The position numbers were made by a program, and so were the translations under genes. The notes under the pieces are model-generated. The model was not told the origin of the DNA. It searched no databases and worked only from the letters and a program-made list of their open reading frames with translations. Positions 15,727 through 21,813 of a stretch of 32,000 nt of DNA are shown piece after piece. This DNA is from Candidatus Saccharimonadota bacterium (lineage in GTDB: Bacteria; Patescibacteriota; Gracilibacteria; UBA4473): contig OZ245819.1 of NCBI GenBank assembly GCA_965228485.1, positions 120,001 through 152,000 on the forward strand, given 5' to 3'. The number at the start of each line of letters is the position of its first letter. The stretch's first letter is position 1.

Positions 15727-15771
15727 AAAACCGCCGAAAAAGAACAGGATGATTTAATTGCTAAAATGTAG
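15562..15771 (+). CDS. Chimeric mini-ORF (69 aa): the effector leader region fused to a P-family C-terminal tail
   Basis: Residues 1-55 (MKLKLNDFAIEKTRFIFKTPDEIYGAAPERDISNDPEALVKQYKELFQSESPEEI) match the N-terminus of the 969-aa protein, with 7 differences. The tail KTAEKEQDDLIAKM resembles the P2 tail MAENELDDLISKL. The same TAG-GCG-ATG junction leads into a Q gene. Confidence 0.6.
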   Translation: MKLKLNDFAIEKTRFIFKTPDEIYGAAPERDISNDPEALVKQYKELFQSESPEEIKTAEKEQDDLIAKM

Positions 15772-15774
15772 GCG

Positions 15775-15963
15775 ATGCCAACTAAAAAAAATTGGTTTAG
15801 TTTACAGTGGCAGACCTATACAGAATTGAGTAAGTCTGAACTAGAGAAAATCTTTTCTACTAAAAGAGTACTTTCGAGTAGTTTTAAGGTTTTTTTGGAG
15901 CAAGCTTATCCAGATTTTTTGAAAGACTTTCTTCAATATGAAAAAAAAATCGAAGAATCTTAA
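15775..15963 (+). CDS. Small 'Q-family' protein Q2 (62 aa)
   Basis: Paralog of Q1 (see 12987-13232), with the same 3-nt spacing after the preceding stop. Confidence 0.65.
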   Translation: MPTKKNWFSLQWQTYTELSKSELEKIFSTKRVLSSSFKVFLEQAYPDFLKDFLQYEKKIEES

Positions 15964-16035
15964 AGCGCTCTGCTAGACCAAAAAAAATGCAAGTTTGGAA
16001 GGAATAAATTATGTGTAGACAAGTAGTGAAATTTC

Positions 16036-16044
16036 TGGTACAAT
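16036..16044 (+). promoter_or_regulatory. Extended -10 element TGGTACAAT
   Basis: TGnTACAAT, 26 nt upstream of ATG 16071. The downstream leader GATCGGATTTTAAC resembles GATCTGATTTATTTAAC downstream of the 16982 element. Confidence 0.4.
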
Positions 16045-16070
16045 GATCGGATTTTAACTTTAATTAGAAA

Positions 16071-16931
16071 ATGAGTTTGGGTCCCGAAGCAGGAAACAGA
16101 GTCGATATAAGAGAGGGGAGAGAAGTGCCTGGGGTTATTCCGACAAAAGCCATCACCACGGCTTTGACGAAGGTTGTTCAGTCTGGAAAAGAGAAAGAGG
16201 TTGTCGCAGCTGTTCGCCAAAATGTGCCAGAAGCCGCCGGTGATATTAAAAATTTAGAGGCAACCCTCGGCGATTTAATGAAAAAATTGAGAGAGTTTAT
16301 TTCAAACTTTTTTTCTGGAGCCAAAACAACGGATACGGCTGATACAAATGGAACAAATCCGCCGCCAAACACTCCAAATACTCCAGGTACTCCAAATACT
16401 TCAGGTGCTGATCCGGCACGAGAGCCAACCGCCGCTGAGAGAGAAGCGGCGGCAGAAGCTTTAAGGTCTCTTGGCCCTATAGAAAGTGTTTATGGGGATT
16501 CTCATGCAGAAGGATTAACAGGCGGTACATCGGCAAGAGTCAAAAGGGGGGCGCAGAGTTCTTATGGACTCGCACAACTAGAAGCGGATAAGCAAGCCGG
16601 TAGAGTTCCAAAAACGATTGGTTGGTCTTTTGGAGCTAACGATATTATGTCCGGAAATTCAGGAGCCGCGCTTACCAATGCAGAAGCGGCTATAAAAATT
16701 GCGGAAACGGCCGGATCGAAGTTTACCTTGATTGCGGTTCCTCCGATGTCAAAAAATGGGAAACAGGGCGAAGTAGATGCTCTTAACGCCCAATATAAAG
16801 CTTTGGCAGCTAGATATCCACATGTGACTTTCGTTAATCCGTATATCGGAATGAGGAATAGATCTGACGGGGTTCATTTAGCTATGAGTGACTATGCAGC
16901 AGCGGCGAAAGCTTTAGGGCTTCAGGCCTAA
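16071..16931 (+). CDS. SGNH/GDSL-family hydrolase (286 aa) with the family amphipathic helix and a Pro/Asn/Thr-rich linker, but without the N-terminal leader motif
   Basis: The SGNH blocks are VYGDSHAEG (I), WSFGANDI (III) and SDGVHLA (V). The helix is LGDLMKKLREFISNFFSG (16266-16319), followed by TNGTNPPPNTPNTPGTPNTSG. Confidence 0.75.
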   Translation: MSLGPEAGNRVDIREGREVPGVIPTKAITTALTKVVQSGKEKEVVAAVRQNVPEAAGDIKNLEATLGDLMKKLREFISNFFSGAKTTDTADTNGTNPPPNTPNTPGTPNTSGADPAREPTAAEREAAAEALRSLGPIESVYGDSHAEGLTGGTSARVKRGAQSSYGLAQLEADKQAGRVPKTIGWSFGANDIMSGNSGAALTNAEAAIKIAETAGSKFTLIAVPPMSKNGKQGEVDALNAQYKALAARYPHVTFVNPYIGMRNRSDGVHLAMSDYAAAAKALGLQA

Positions 16932-17178
16932 TTTTATCGGCAGTTTGATCACTTAAAATCCTTTTAAAAAAGGTTGTTTTGTGATATAATGATCTGATTT
17001 ATTTAACAAAAATATGAAACTAAAACTTAATCAGTTCGCTATCGAGAAGGCTCGTTTTATTTTTAAGACTCCCGATGAGATTGATGGAGCCGGTCCAGCA
17101 AGAGATATTTCTAATGATCCAGAGGCACTCGTTAAGCAGTATAAGGAATCGCTTCAATCAGAGTCTCCAGAAGAAATT
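16537..17178 (+). repeat. Segmental duplication, copy 2 (intact version; 16691-16906 is absent from copy 1)
   Basis: See copy 1. The 216-nt segment missing from copy 1 is bounded by the near-identical direct repeats GCAGAAGCGGC (16680-16690) and GCAGCAGCGGC (16896-16906). Confidence 0.85.
16982..16990 (+). promoter_or_regulatory. Extended -10 element TGATATAAT
   Basis: Perfect TGnTATAAT, 23 nt upstream of ATG 17014. Confidence 0.45.
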
Positions 17179-19923
17179 GCTGCGGCGACAAAAGCCATTG
17201 ATAAGTATATTGAAAGTAAAGCTTCTGCGCTGGTAGAAAAAGGGGGGGCTCCACTAGTAAGAGCCGAAATCAGAAAAGCCGCAGACCCATCACTTGATGA
17301 AGTTATTGATAAGGTGGAAGCTCGATATGAAGCTTCGGATGGCGGAATCCTCAACGTGACAGAGCTAAAGTCGATGATCACAATTTATTCAACGGCTGAA
17401 GAACGAAGTCTTCTAGAAGCACGAGCAAAAGAAATTTTAGATGAAGATGATCTAAAATCCTTTAATGAACATTTGGCAGCGATTGATGCAAAGTTAGCAG
17501 AAACTTCTTATGAAGCCAATCGAGATAGTTTTGAAAGAACTCATACAAGAGAAGATGATAGACCGGTTTATGAAAGAGTTAATCCAAATACCTTAGCCTC
17601 AAGTGCCGCTATTTTAGGGAAAAGCTACAACCGTCCTGGAGGGAGAGGTGAAGCTAAATACTTTTCTGATGCGGATCATAATGCCGTGGTAGATGAAGAT
17701 ATGGGAGCCATTCATCGGTCAGTGACGAAAGAAATGCTTGATGGATTTCTAGAAGAAAACTCGACTATCAAAGATAAACTTAATAACGGAAAGGTTGATA
17801 TATCAAGACTTTCTGATGAAGAGCTAACCGCTTATGCCAGATTTTACGGAAAAGTTTTAAGTGAGTCTAAGATTGAAGGAAATGCGGTTGATGGTTTGTT
17901 ACTTCCGACAGAGATTACCCGACCTGGGGGGCTCATTGAGGGACAAGCTCGAGGGATGGCAACGAGTAATGAGGATTTGGCTCGAAGATCAAATCTTTTC
18001 ATTAAAGCGCTTAGAGAAGGTGGATATACCGGATCTATCACGATGAAGCACTGGCCTGGTTATACCGGGGTGGGGAACTCGGATGAAGAAATGGTTTACG
18101 GAAAGGTTGACCAGGGGACACTAGAAGCTCTGAAAGGGGTCGAAGGGGCTAATTCAATCATGGTTTCAAGTCTTCATCTAGAAGATTTTGGAAGTAATGT
18201 GGGAAAAGACAGAGCCGATATGCTTCCTGTTTTTGCAGATCCTGAAGCGATTGCGAAACTTCGAGAGGGGCATGAAAACATGAAAGTCATGACCGATGAC
18301 CTTTCGGCTTATGTCAATGCTCGAGTGGCTCAAGGAGATACTCGTGATCGTTCAGAGATTGTAAAAGAAACAGCCTTGAAAACTTTAAAAGCTGGTGTTG
18401 ATCAGGTTATGTTTGCCGATCCCAAAGATCAAAGAACAGCTGAAAGTGTTGTAAAATCTTATATGGAAGATCTTCAAGCAAGAGCAAAAGAAGGGGATGA
18501 AGCCGCTAGAACCGAATATGAAGCGCGAGTAAAAAGAATGGAAGCGGCAAGAGGAACTGCTGGAGAGGAATTATCACCCGAAGCTAAGGCCTGGGTCGAT
18601 GATGTTGTTGCTCGTGAAACAGCGGCGAAAGCGGAAGGCCGATCCTTAGAAGGTTTCGGTGCTTCAGAAGTAGCGGAAGCGGATGTTCCAAAAGAATGGA
18701 CCGACAGTGAAGCCACAGTAGCGGACAAAGAAGCTATTACAAAACTAGCGGAAGGTTTAGATGCAGAAACTCAAGCAGAAATCAAAAAATTACTAGAGGA
18801 AGGAGGAGAAGCAAATCTTGCTAAAGCTCGTGAGTTAGCGCTAGTCAAACAGGGAGAGAAATTACTTTCTGGTAAAAGCGGTACGGAAGTTTTGGATATT
18901 GTTGAGCAAAACCCAGACGCGGCGTTTAATCATTTCTTCCAAGCGGAAGAAGGAAAAGAAAATACCTGGAAAGTTGATTTCAAAGGGGTAGATGAGCGTC
19001 TGCTTGGAGCGGGTCACTTTGAAAAGAACCTAATGGCTAAGTTCCAATACGTTAAAATTTTCAACCCTAAAACAGGGGAGACTAATATTGGTGTTCGGGG
19101 TGTTAAGCCAGGAAGTGAAAAACCCGGTTATTTTGACATTCATACTGGGAAATACCTTCCAATCTGGACGGGGAGTGTGATTAAAGGTCTAACCGCTAAA
19201 GATATTAGTGAGATGGATATTAAGACTCAGAATGCCATGCGGGGTGAACACGGAAAACCAATGAGCATTAAAGATTATTTAGCTCAGGCTAAAGAAAAAC
19301 GGAAATCTTATCGTACCTCTGTTGAAAATGGAACGGCTCAGCATCAAATTGGGGGAGAAAACCCTTTAAATGCGAAATTAAGTAAGGAGGCAGGACGAGA
19401 GGTTGTTCCAGAAAAACAAGCAAAACTTCGGAATGCAGTTGGGACACTTATGAGAGATAAGTCTCGTTATAAGGCTGTTGCTCAGAAACATAATGTCCCA
19501 TGGGAGCTTCTAGCGGCTATCCAGTACCGAGAAGCGAGCGGGAATCTAAATAAATATTTCCTAAATGGTCAGACCGTTGGAACAACAACGACGATTGTTC
19601 CAAAAGGTTTGAGATTTGATACTTGGGAAGCTTCGGCTGAACACGCTATCGTAAATAGAGACCATTATGGTTTTAAATCTTTAGGAACGGATCCATCTCC
19701 TCATGCGGTTGCAAACCTGACCGAGCGATATAATGGGATGGGATACAGCAAAAGAGGGCTTGTAAGCCCTTATGTATGGGCTGGACATCCTTCTTATGAG
19801 AACCAAGGTGGTATGTTCGTTTCAGACGGAAACTTTGATCGAAATGCTAAAGATGGACGGCTGGGAGTTATGCCAATTTATATGGAACTCAGACGCCAAC
19901 AAGGTAAGGAAGCGACCTCCTAA
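17014..19923 (+). CDS. Leader-motif protein (969 aa) with a C-terminal COG5526-type lysozyme-family domain and a possible central GH3/NagZ-like region
   Basis: The N-terminus is MKLKLNQFAIEKARFIFKTPDE. The C-terminus (about 19420-19900) is PWELLAAIQYREASGN...VPKGLRFDTWEASAEHAI...ERYNGMGYSKRGLVSPYVWAGHPSYENQGGMFVSDGNFDRNAKDGRLGV. This matches my recollection of the COG5526 pattern (PW..iAaiH.RE / E.yNG.GY / SPYLW.g...Y.kGkyv.DG.fd). Central MKHWPGYTGVGNSDE...MVSSLH...VMTDDLSA (about 17881-18333) weakly recalls GH3 KHFPGHG...DSH...SDDL.M. Confidence 0.65.
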   Translation: MKLKLNQFAIEKARFIFKTPDEIDGAGPARDISNDPEALVKQYKESLQSESPEEIAAATKAIDKYIESKASALVEKGGAPLVRAEIRKAADPSLDEVIDKVEARYEASDGGILNVTELKSMITIYSTAEERSLLEARAKEILDEDDLKSFNEHLAAIDAKLAETSYEANRDSFERTHTREDDRPVYERVNPNTLASSAAILGKSYNRPGGRGEAKYFSDADHNAVVDEDMGAIHRSVTKEMLDGFLEENSTIKDKLNNGKVDISRLSDEELTAYARFYGKVLSESKIEGNAVDGLLLPTEITRPGGLIEGQARGMATSNEDLARRSNLFIKALREGGYTGSITMKHWPGYTGVGNSDEEMVYGKVDQGTLEALKGVEGANSIMVSSLHLEDFGSNVGKDRADMLPVFADPEAIAKLREGHENMKVMTDDLSAYVNARVAQGDTRDRSEIVKETALKTLKAGVDQVMFADPKDQRTAESVVKSYMEDLQARAKEGDEAARTEYEARVKRMEAARGTAGEELSPEAKAWVDDVVARETAAKAEGRSLEGFGASEVAEADVPKEWTDSEATVADKEAITKLAEGLDAETQAEIKKLLEEGGEANLAKARELALVKQGEKLLSGKSGTEVLDIVEQNPDAAFNHFFQAEEGKENTWKVDFKGVDERLLGAGHFEKNLMAKFQYVKIFNPKTGETNIGVRGVKPGSEKPGYFDIHTGKYLPIWTGSVIKGLTAKDISEMDIKTQNAMRGEHGKPMSIKDYLAQAKEKRKSYRTSVENGTAQHQIGGENPLNAKLSKEAGREVVPEKQAKLRNAVGTLMRDKSRYKAVAQKHNVPWELLAAIQYREASGNLNKYFLNGQTVGTTTTIVPKGLRFDTWEASAEHAIVNRDHYGFKSLGTDPSPHAVANLTERYNGMGYSKRGLVSPYVWAGHPSYENQGGMFVSDGNFDRNAKDGRLGVMPIYMELRRQQGKEATS

Positions 19924-19987
19924 GAGGCATACTTTAGCTTTTTATATAAATACAATAAACAAAGGATATTGTAACCTAAAAAACTTT

Positions 19988-20012
19988 AAAATCCCCTTGC
20001 CAAGGGGATTTT
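19988..20012 (+). terminator. Rho-independent terminator after the 969-aa gene
   Basis: AAAATCCCCTT-GCC-AAGGGGATTTT forms a perfect 11-bp stem and runs into a T-tract. Confidence 0.7.
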
Positions 20013-20059
20013 CTTAATACTACAATTCGAGACGCAATATTTATTAACCCACATCTATC

Positions 20060-20335
20060 ATGTCAAAAGGTGATTTGATTACAGCAATTGCAAACCGAGC
20101 TGGTTTGACTAAGAAAGCTGCTGGAGACGCTCTTCAAGCTTTCATCGACACAGTTACTGGTGAACTTACTAATGGTGAACAAGTAACTATTACAGGTTTC
20201 GGAACTTTTAAAGTTTCTAAACGAGCGGCTAGAACTGGAGTTAATCCACAAAACCCGTCTCAAAAAATTAAAATCCCTGCTTCTAAAGTTCCAACTTTCA
20301 AAGCTGGTAAAAATCTTAAAGACGCAGTTAACTAG
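20060..20335 (+). CDS. hup: HU-family nucleoid-associated DNA-binding protein
   Basis: 91 aa. GDLITAIANRAGLTKKAAGDALQAFIDTV...ITGFGTFKVSKRAARTGVNPQNPSQKIKIPASKVPTFKAGKNLKDAVN is a canonical HU/IHF fold sequence. Confidence 0.95.
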   Translation: MSKGDLITAIANRAGLTKKAAGDALQAFIDTVTGELTNGEQVTITGFGTFKVSKRAARTGVNPQNPSQKIKIPASKVPTFKAGKNLKDAVN

Positions 20336-20359
20336 TTCGTTACAAACTTATTAGTTATT

Positions 20360-20386
20360 AAAAAGCCCCGCACTGCGGGGCTTTTT
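20360..20386. terminator. Bidirectional rho-independent terminator between the convergent hup and repeat-protein genes
   Basis: AAAAAGCCCCGC-ACT-GCGGGGCTTTTT: a 7-bp GC stem flanked by an A-run and a T-run. Confidence 0.8.
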
Positions 20387-20388
20387 GT

Positions 20389-21711
20389 TTATTCGTTTGT
20401 TTTATTTTCTTCTGGTTTTTTGTCTTCTTTCTTCTCTTTGTTTAGTTCTTCTGGGTGATTATTGTGTTTCTTCTTTTTCTTTTTTTTATGTTGAGAATCA
20501 GAGTTGGATTCATCTTTTGTAAAATCTCCTGTTAGAACCTCAATTTCATGAAGCATATTTCTAAATTCAGCTTTTTTATCTTTTAGAAGTTCTTTTTCGT
20601 CTTTGATTTCTCCTTTTAAGGTTTCAATTTGTGCTTCGTAATCAGCAATGTTTTTCTTGTGTTGATCCATAAAGGCTTCAATTTGCGCTTTTATCGCTGA
20701 AAGAGAAGTTACGGGATCTCCATTATCATCACCAGAGCCACTTTGGCTTGTGGTTTCTTCTACAACAATGGATTCTTCGTTAACCGTGTCGGTTTCTACT
20801 GAAGTTTCTTCAGTTGTTGTATTAGTATTTTTTTCTTCTGACTCTCCAAAAATATCAATTCCCATACTTGGTGTAGCTTCTACAATATTTTCTACTGGAG
20901 GAGCTTCTTCTGTCGTTTCTTCAGTCGCAAAAGGATTTTCGGCTGGAGCTTCTGGAGCAGTTGCGGTTTCTGCAACGGGTGCAGGTTCAGCCGCTACTTC
21001 AGGAGCCGCGAAAGGATTCTTAGCAGGTTCAGTTGGTGTTTCTGCGGTCGCCGTAAAAGGGTTTTCCGCTGGAGCTTCCGGAGCTGGTGCGGCTTCTGCA
21101 ACGGGTACAGGTTCAGCCGCTACTTGAGGAGCCGCGAAAGGATTCTTAGCAGGTTCAGTTGGTGTTTCTGCGGTCGCCGCAAAAGGGTTTTCCGCTGGAG
21201 CTTCTGGAGCCGGTGCGGCTTCTGCAACAGGCGCAGGCTCAGCCGCTACTTCAGGAGCCGCGAAAGGATTCTTAGCAGGTTCAGTTGGTGTTTCTGCGGT
21301 CGCCGCAAAAGGATTTTCCGCTGGAGCTTCCGGAGCTGGTGCGGCTTCTGCAACGGGTACAGGTTCAGCCGCTACTTGAGGAGCAGCAAAAGGATTCTCA
21401 GTAGGTTCTAGTGGAGCTACAGCCGTTGGTGCATCTGTGCTCTGAACATTAAAATTAATGTCATCAGCTTGTACGGGATTTGCCGTTGGTCCAACAGGAG
21501 CTTGAACTGGTTCTTCTGCTACAATTTGAATATCTCCAGCAGGAGCTTCGTCGCTACTAGTTACATTTATAGAAATATCTTGATTAATATTTGTGTTTGG
21601 ATCTTGAGCAACAGGAGTATTAGCCGCTTGACTATCGTCAGACGCTACCCCAGTAGCCCCGTCATCTTGTCCACTTTTTCCACCGAGACCGAAATTGAAG
21701 TTGATTCCCAT
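20389..21711 (-). CDS. Pro/Ala/Glu-rich tandem-repeat protein (440 aa) with NPF motifs, a C-terminal coiled-coil-like segment and a poly-Lys tail
   Basis: The long ORF is on the strand opposite the spurious plus-strand repeat ORFs. The repeat unit is NPFAAP(Q/E)VAAEP(V/A)PVAEAAPAPEAPAENPFAATAETPTEPAK. The C-terminus has IKAQIEAFMDQHKKNIADYEAQIETLKGEIKDEKELLKDKKAEF and HKKKKKKKH. Confidence 0.75.
   Translation of the reverse strand: MGINFNFGLGGKSGQDDGATGVASDDSQAANTPVAQDPNTNINQDISINVTSSDEAPAGDIQIVAEEPVQAPVGPTANPVQADDINFNVQSTDAPTAVAPLEPTENPFAAPQVAAEPVPVAEAAPAPEAPAENPFAATAETPTEPAKNPFAAPEVAAEPAPVAEAAPAPEAPAENPFAATAETPTEPAKNPFAAPQVAAEPVPVAEAAPAPEAPAENPFTATAETPTEPAKNPFAAPEVAAEPAPVAETATAPEAPAENPFATEETTEEAPPVENIVEATPSMGIDIFGESEEKNTNTTTEETSVETDTVNEESIVVEETTSQSGSGDDNGDPVTSLSAIKAQIEAFMDQHKKNIADYEAQIETLKGEIKDEKELLKDKKAEFRNMLHEIEVLTGDFTKDESNSDSQHKKKKKKKHNNHPEELNKEKKEDKKPEENKTNE
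20926..21396 (-). repeat. In-frame tandem repeat: 126-nt (42-aa) unit in about 3.7 copies, with a 252-nt higher-order alternation
   Basis: GCCGCTACTTCAGGAGCCGCGAAAGGATTCTTAGCAGG recurs near 20990 and 21242. The TTG variant recurs near 21116 and 21368. The Q/V-type and E/A-type units alternate. Confidence 0.9.
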
Positions 21712-21813
21712 ATTTATTACCTATAAAGATATTTAATTATGATTTGACTTTTGTCAGTAAATCTCAATACTTTAGCAGATTTTTTTAGAAAAAGCAAGTT
21801 TTTCTTTCTGTGC

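Noticed and set aside
725-19000. Many 60-120-aa antisense or overlapping ORFs in the track. Examples: 725-922, 2209-2493, 4580-4873, 5208-5564, 7494-8147, 9796-9999, 10226-10436, 10968-11189, 11241-11465, 11500-12343, 13275-13527, 14424-15231, 15960-16372, 17154-18728
   Set aside because: Each is nested in a much longer ORF on the opposite strand or in another frame, and that longer ORF has recognisable motifs or paralogs. Their translations are low-complexity (Ser/Phe/Leu/Ile-rich), as expected for shadows of Glu/Lys/Asp-rich genes.
6416-19923. The hydrolase cluster read as a prophage lysis cassette or tailocin
   Set aside because: There is no holin, terminase, portal, capsid, tail, integrase or att-like repeat in the 32 kb. 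Seven wall hydrolases with a common non-phage-like N-terminus is not endolysin architecture. A phage origin for individual domains (SLT, TIGR02594, COG5526) remains possible.
1-19923. Assigning the effectors to a known secretion system (T6SS, T7SS, T9SS, T1SS)
   Set aside because: I could recognise no apparatus genes: no VgrG, Hcp or PAAR, no EssC or WXG100, no T9SS C-terminal domain, and no ABC, MFP or RTX repeats. I found no LXG, MIX or Rhs motifs either. The analogy is architectural only.
19924-20059. tRNA or small RNA genes in the longer intergenic regions (19924-20059, 25714-25904, 31546-31664, 5933-6104)
   Set aside because: The sequences are AT-rich, with only terminator or promoter-like elements. 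I could not fold any cloverleaf-compatible GC-rich stems by eye.
20926-21396. Possible CRISPR array or non-coding satellite, suggested by the regular direct repeats
   Set aside because: The repeats are contiguous 126-nt units with no unique spacers. They stay in frame within a long ORF and encode a coherent peptide repeat.
20750-21411. Plus-strand ORFs 20750-21127 and 21124-21411 (Ser/Gly/Ala-rich and Arg/Ser/Phe-rich translations)
   Set aside because: They lie antisense to, and entirely inside, the tandem-repeat region of the 20389-21711 gene. The repeats keep alternative frames open artificially. The minus-strand frame alone continues into non-repetitive N- and C-terminal sequence, and it ends at the shared terminator.
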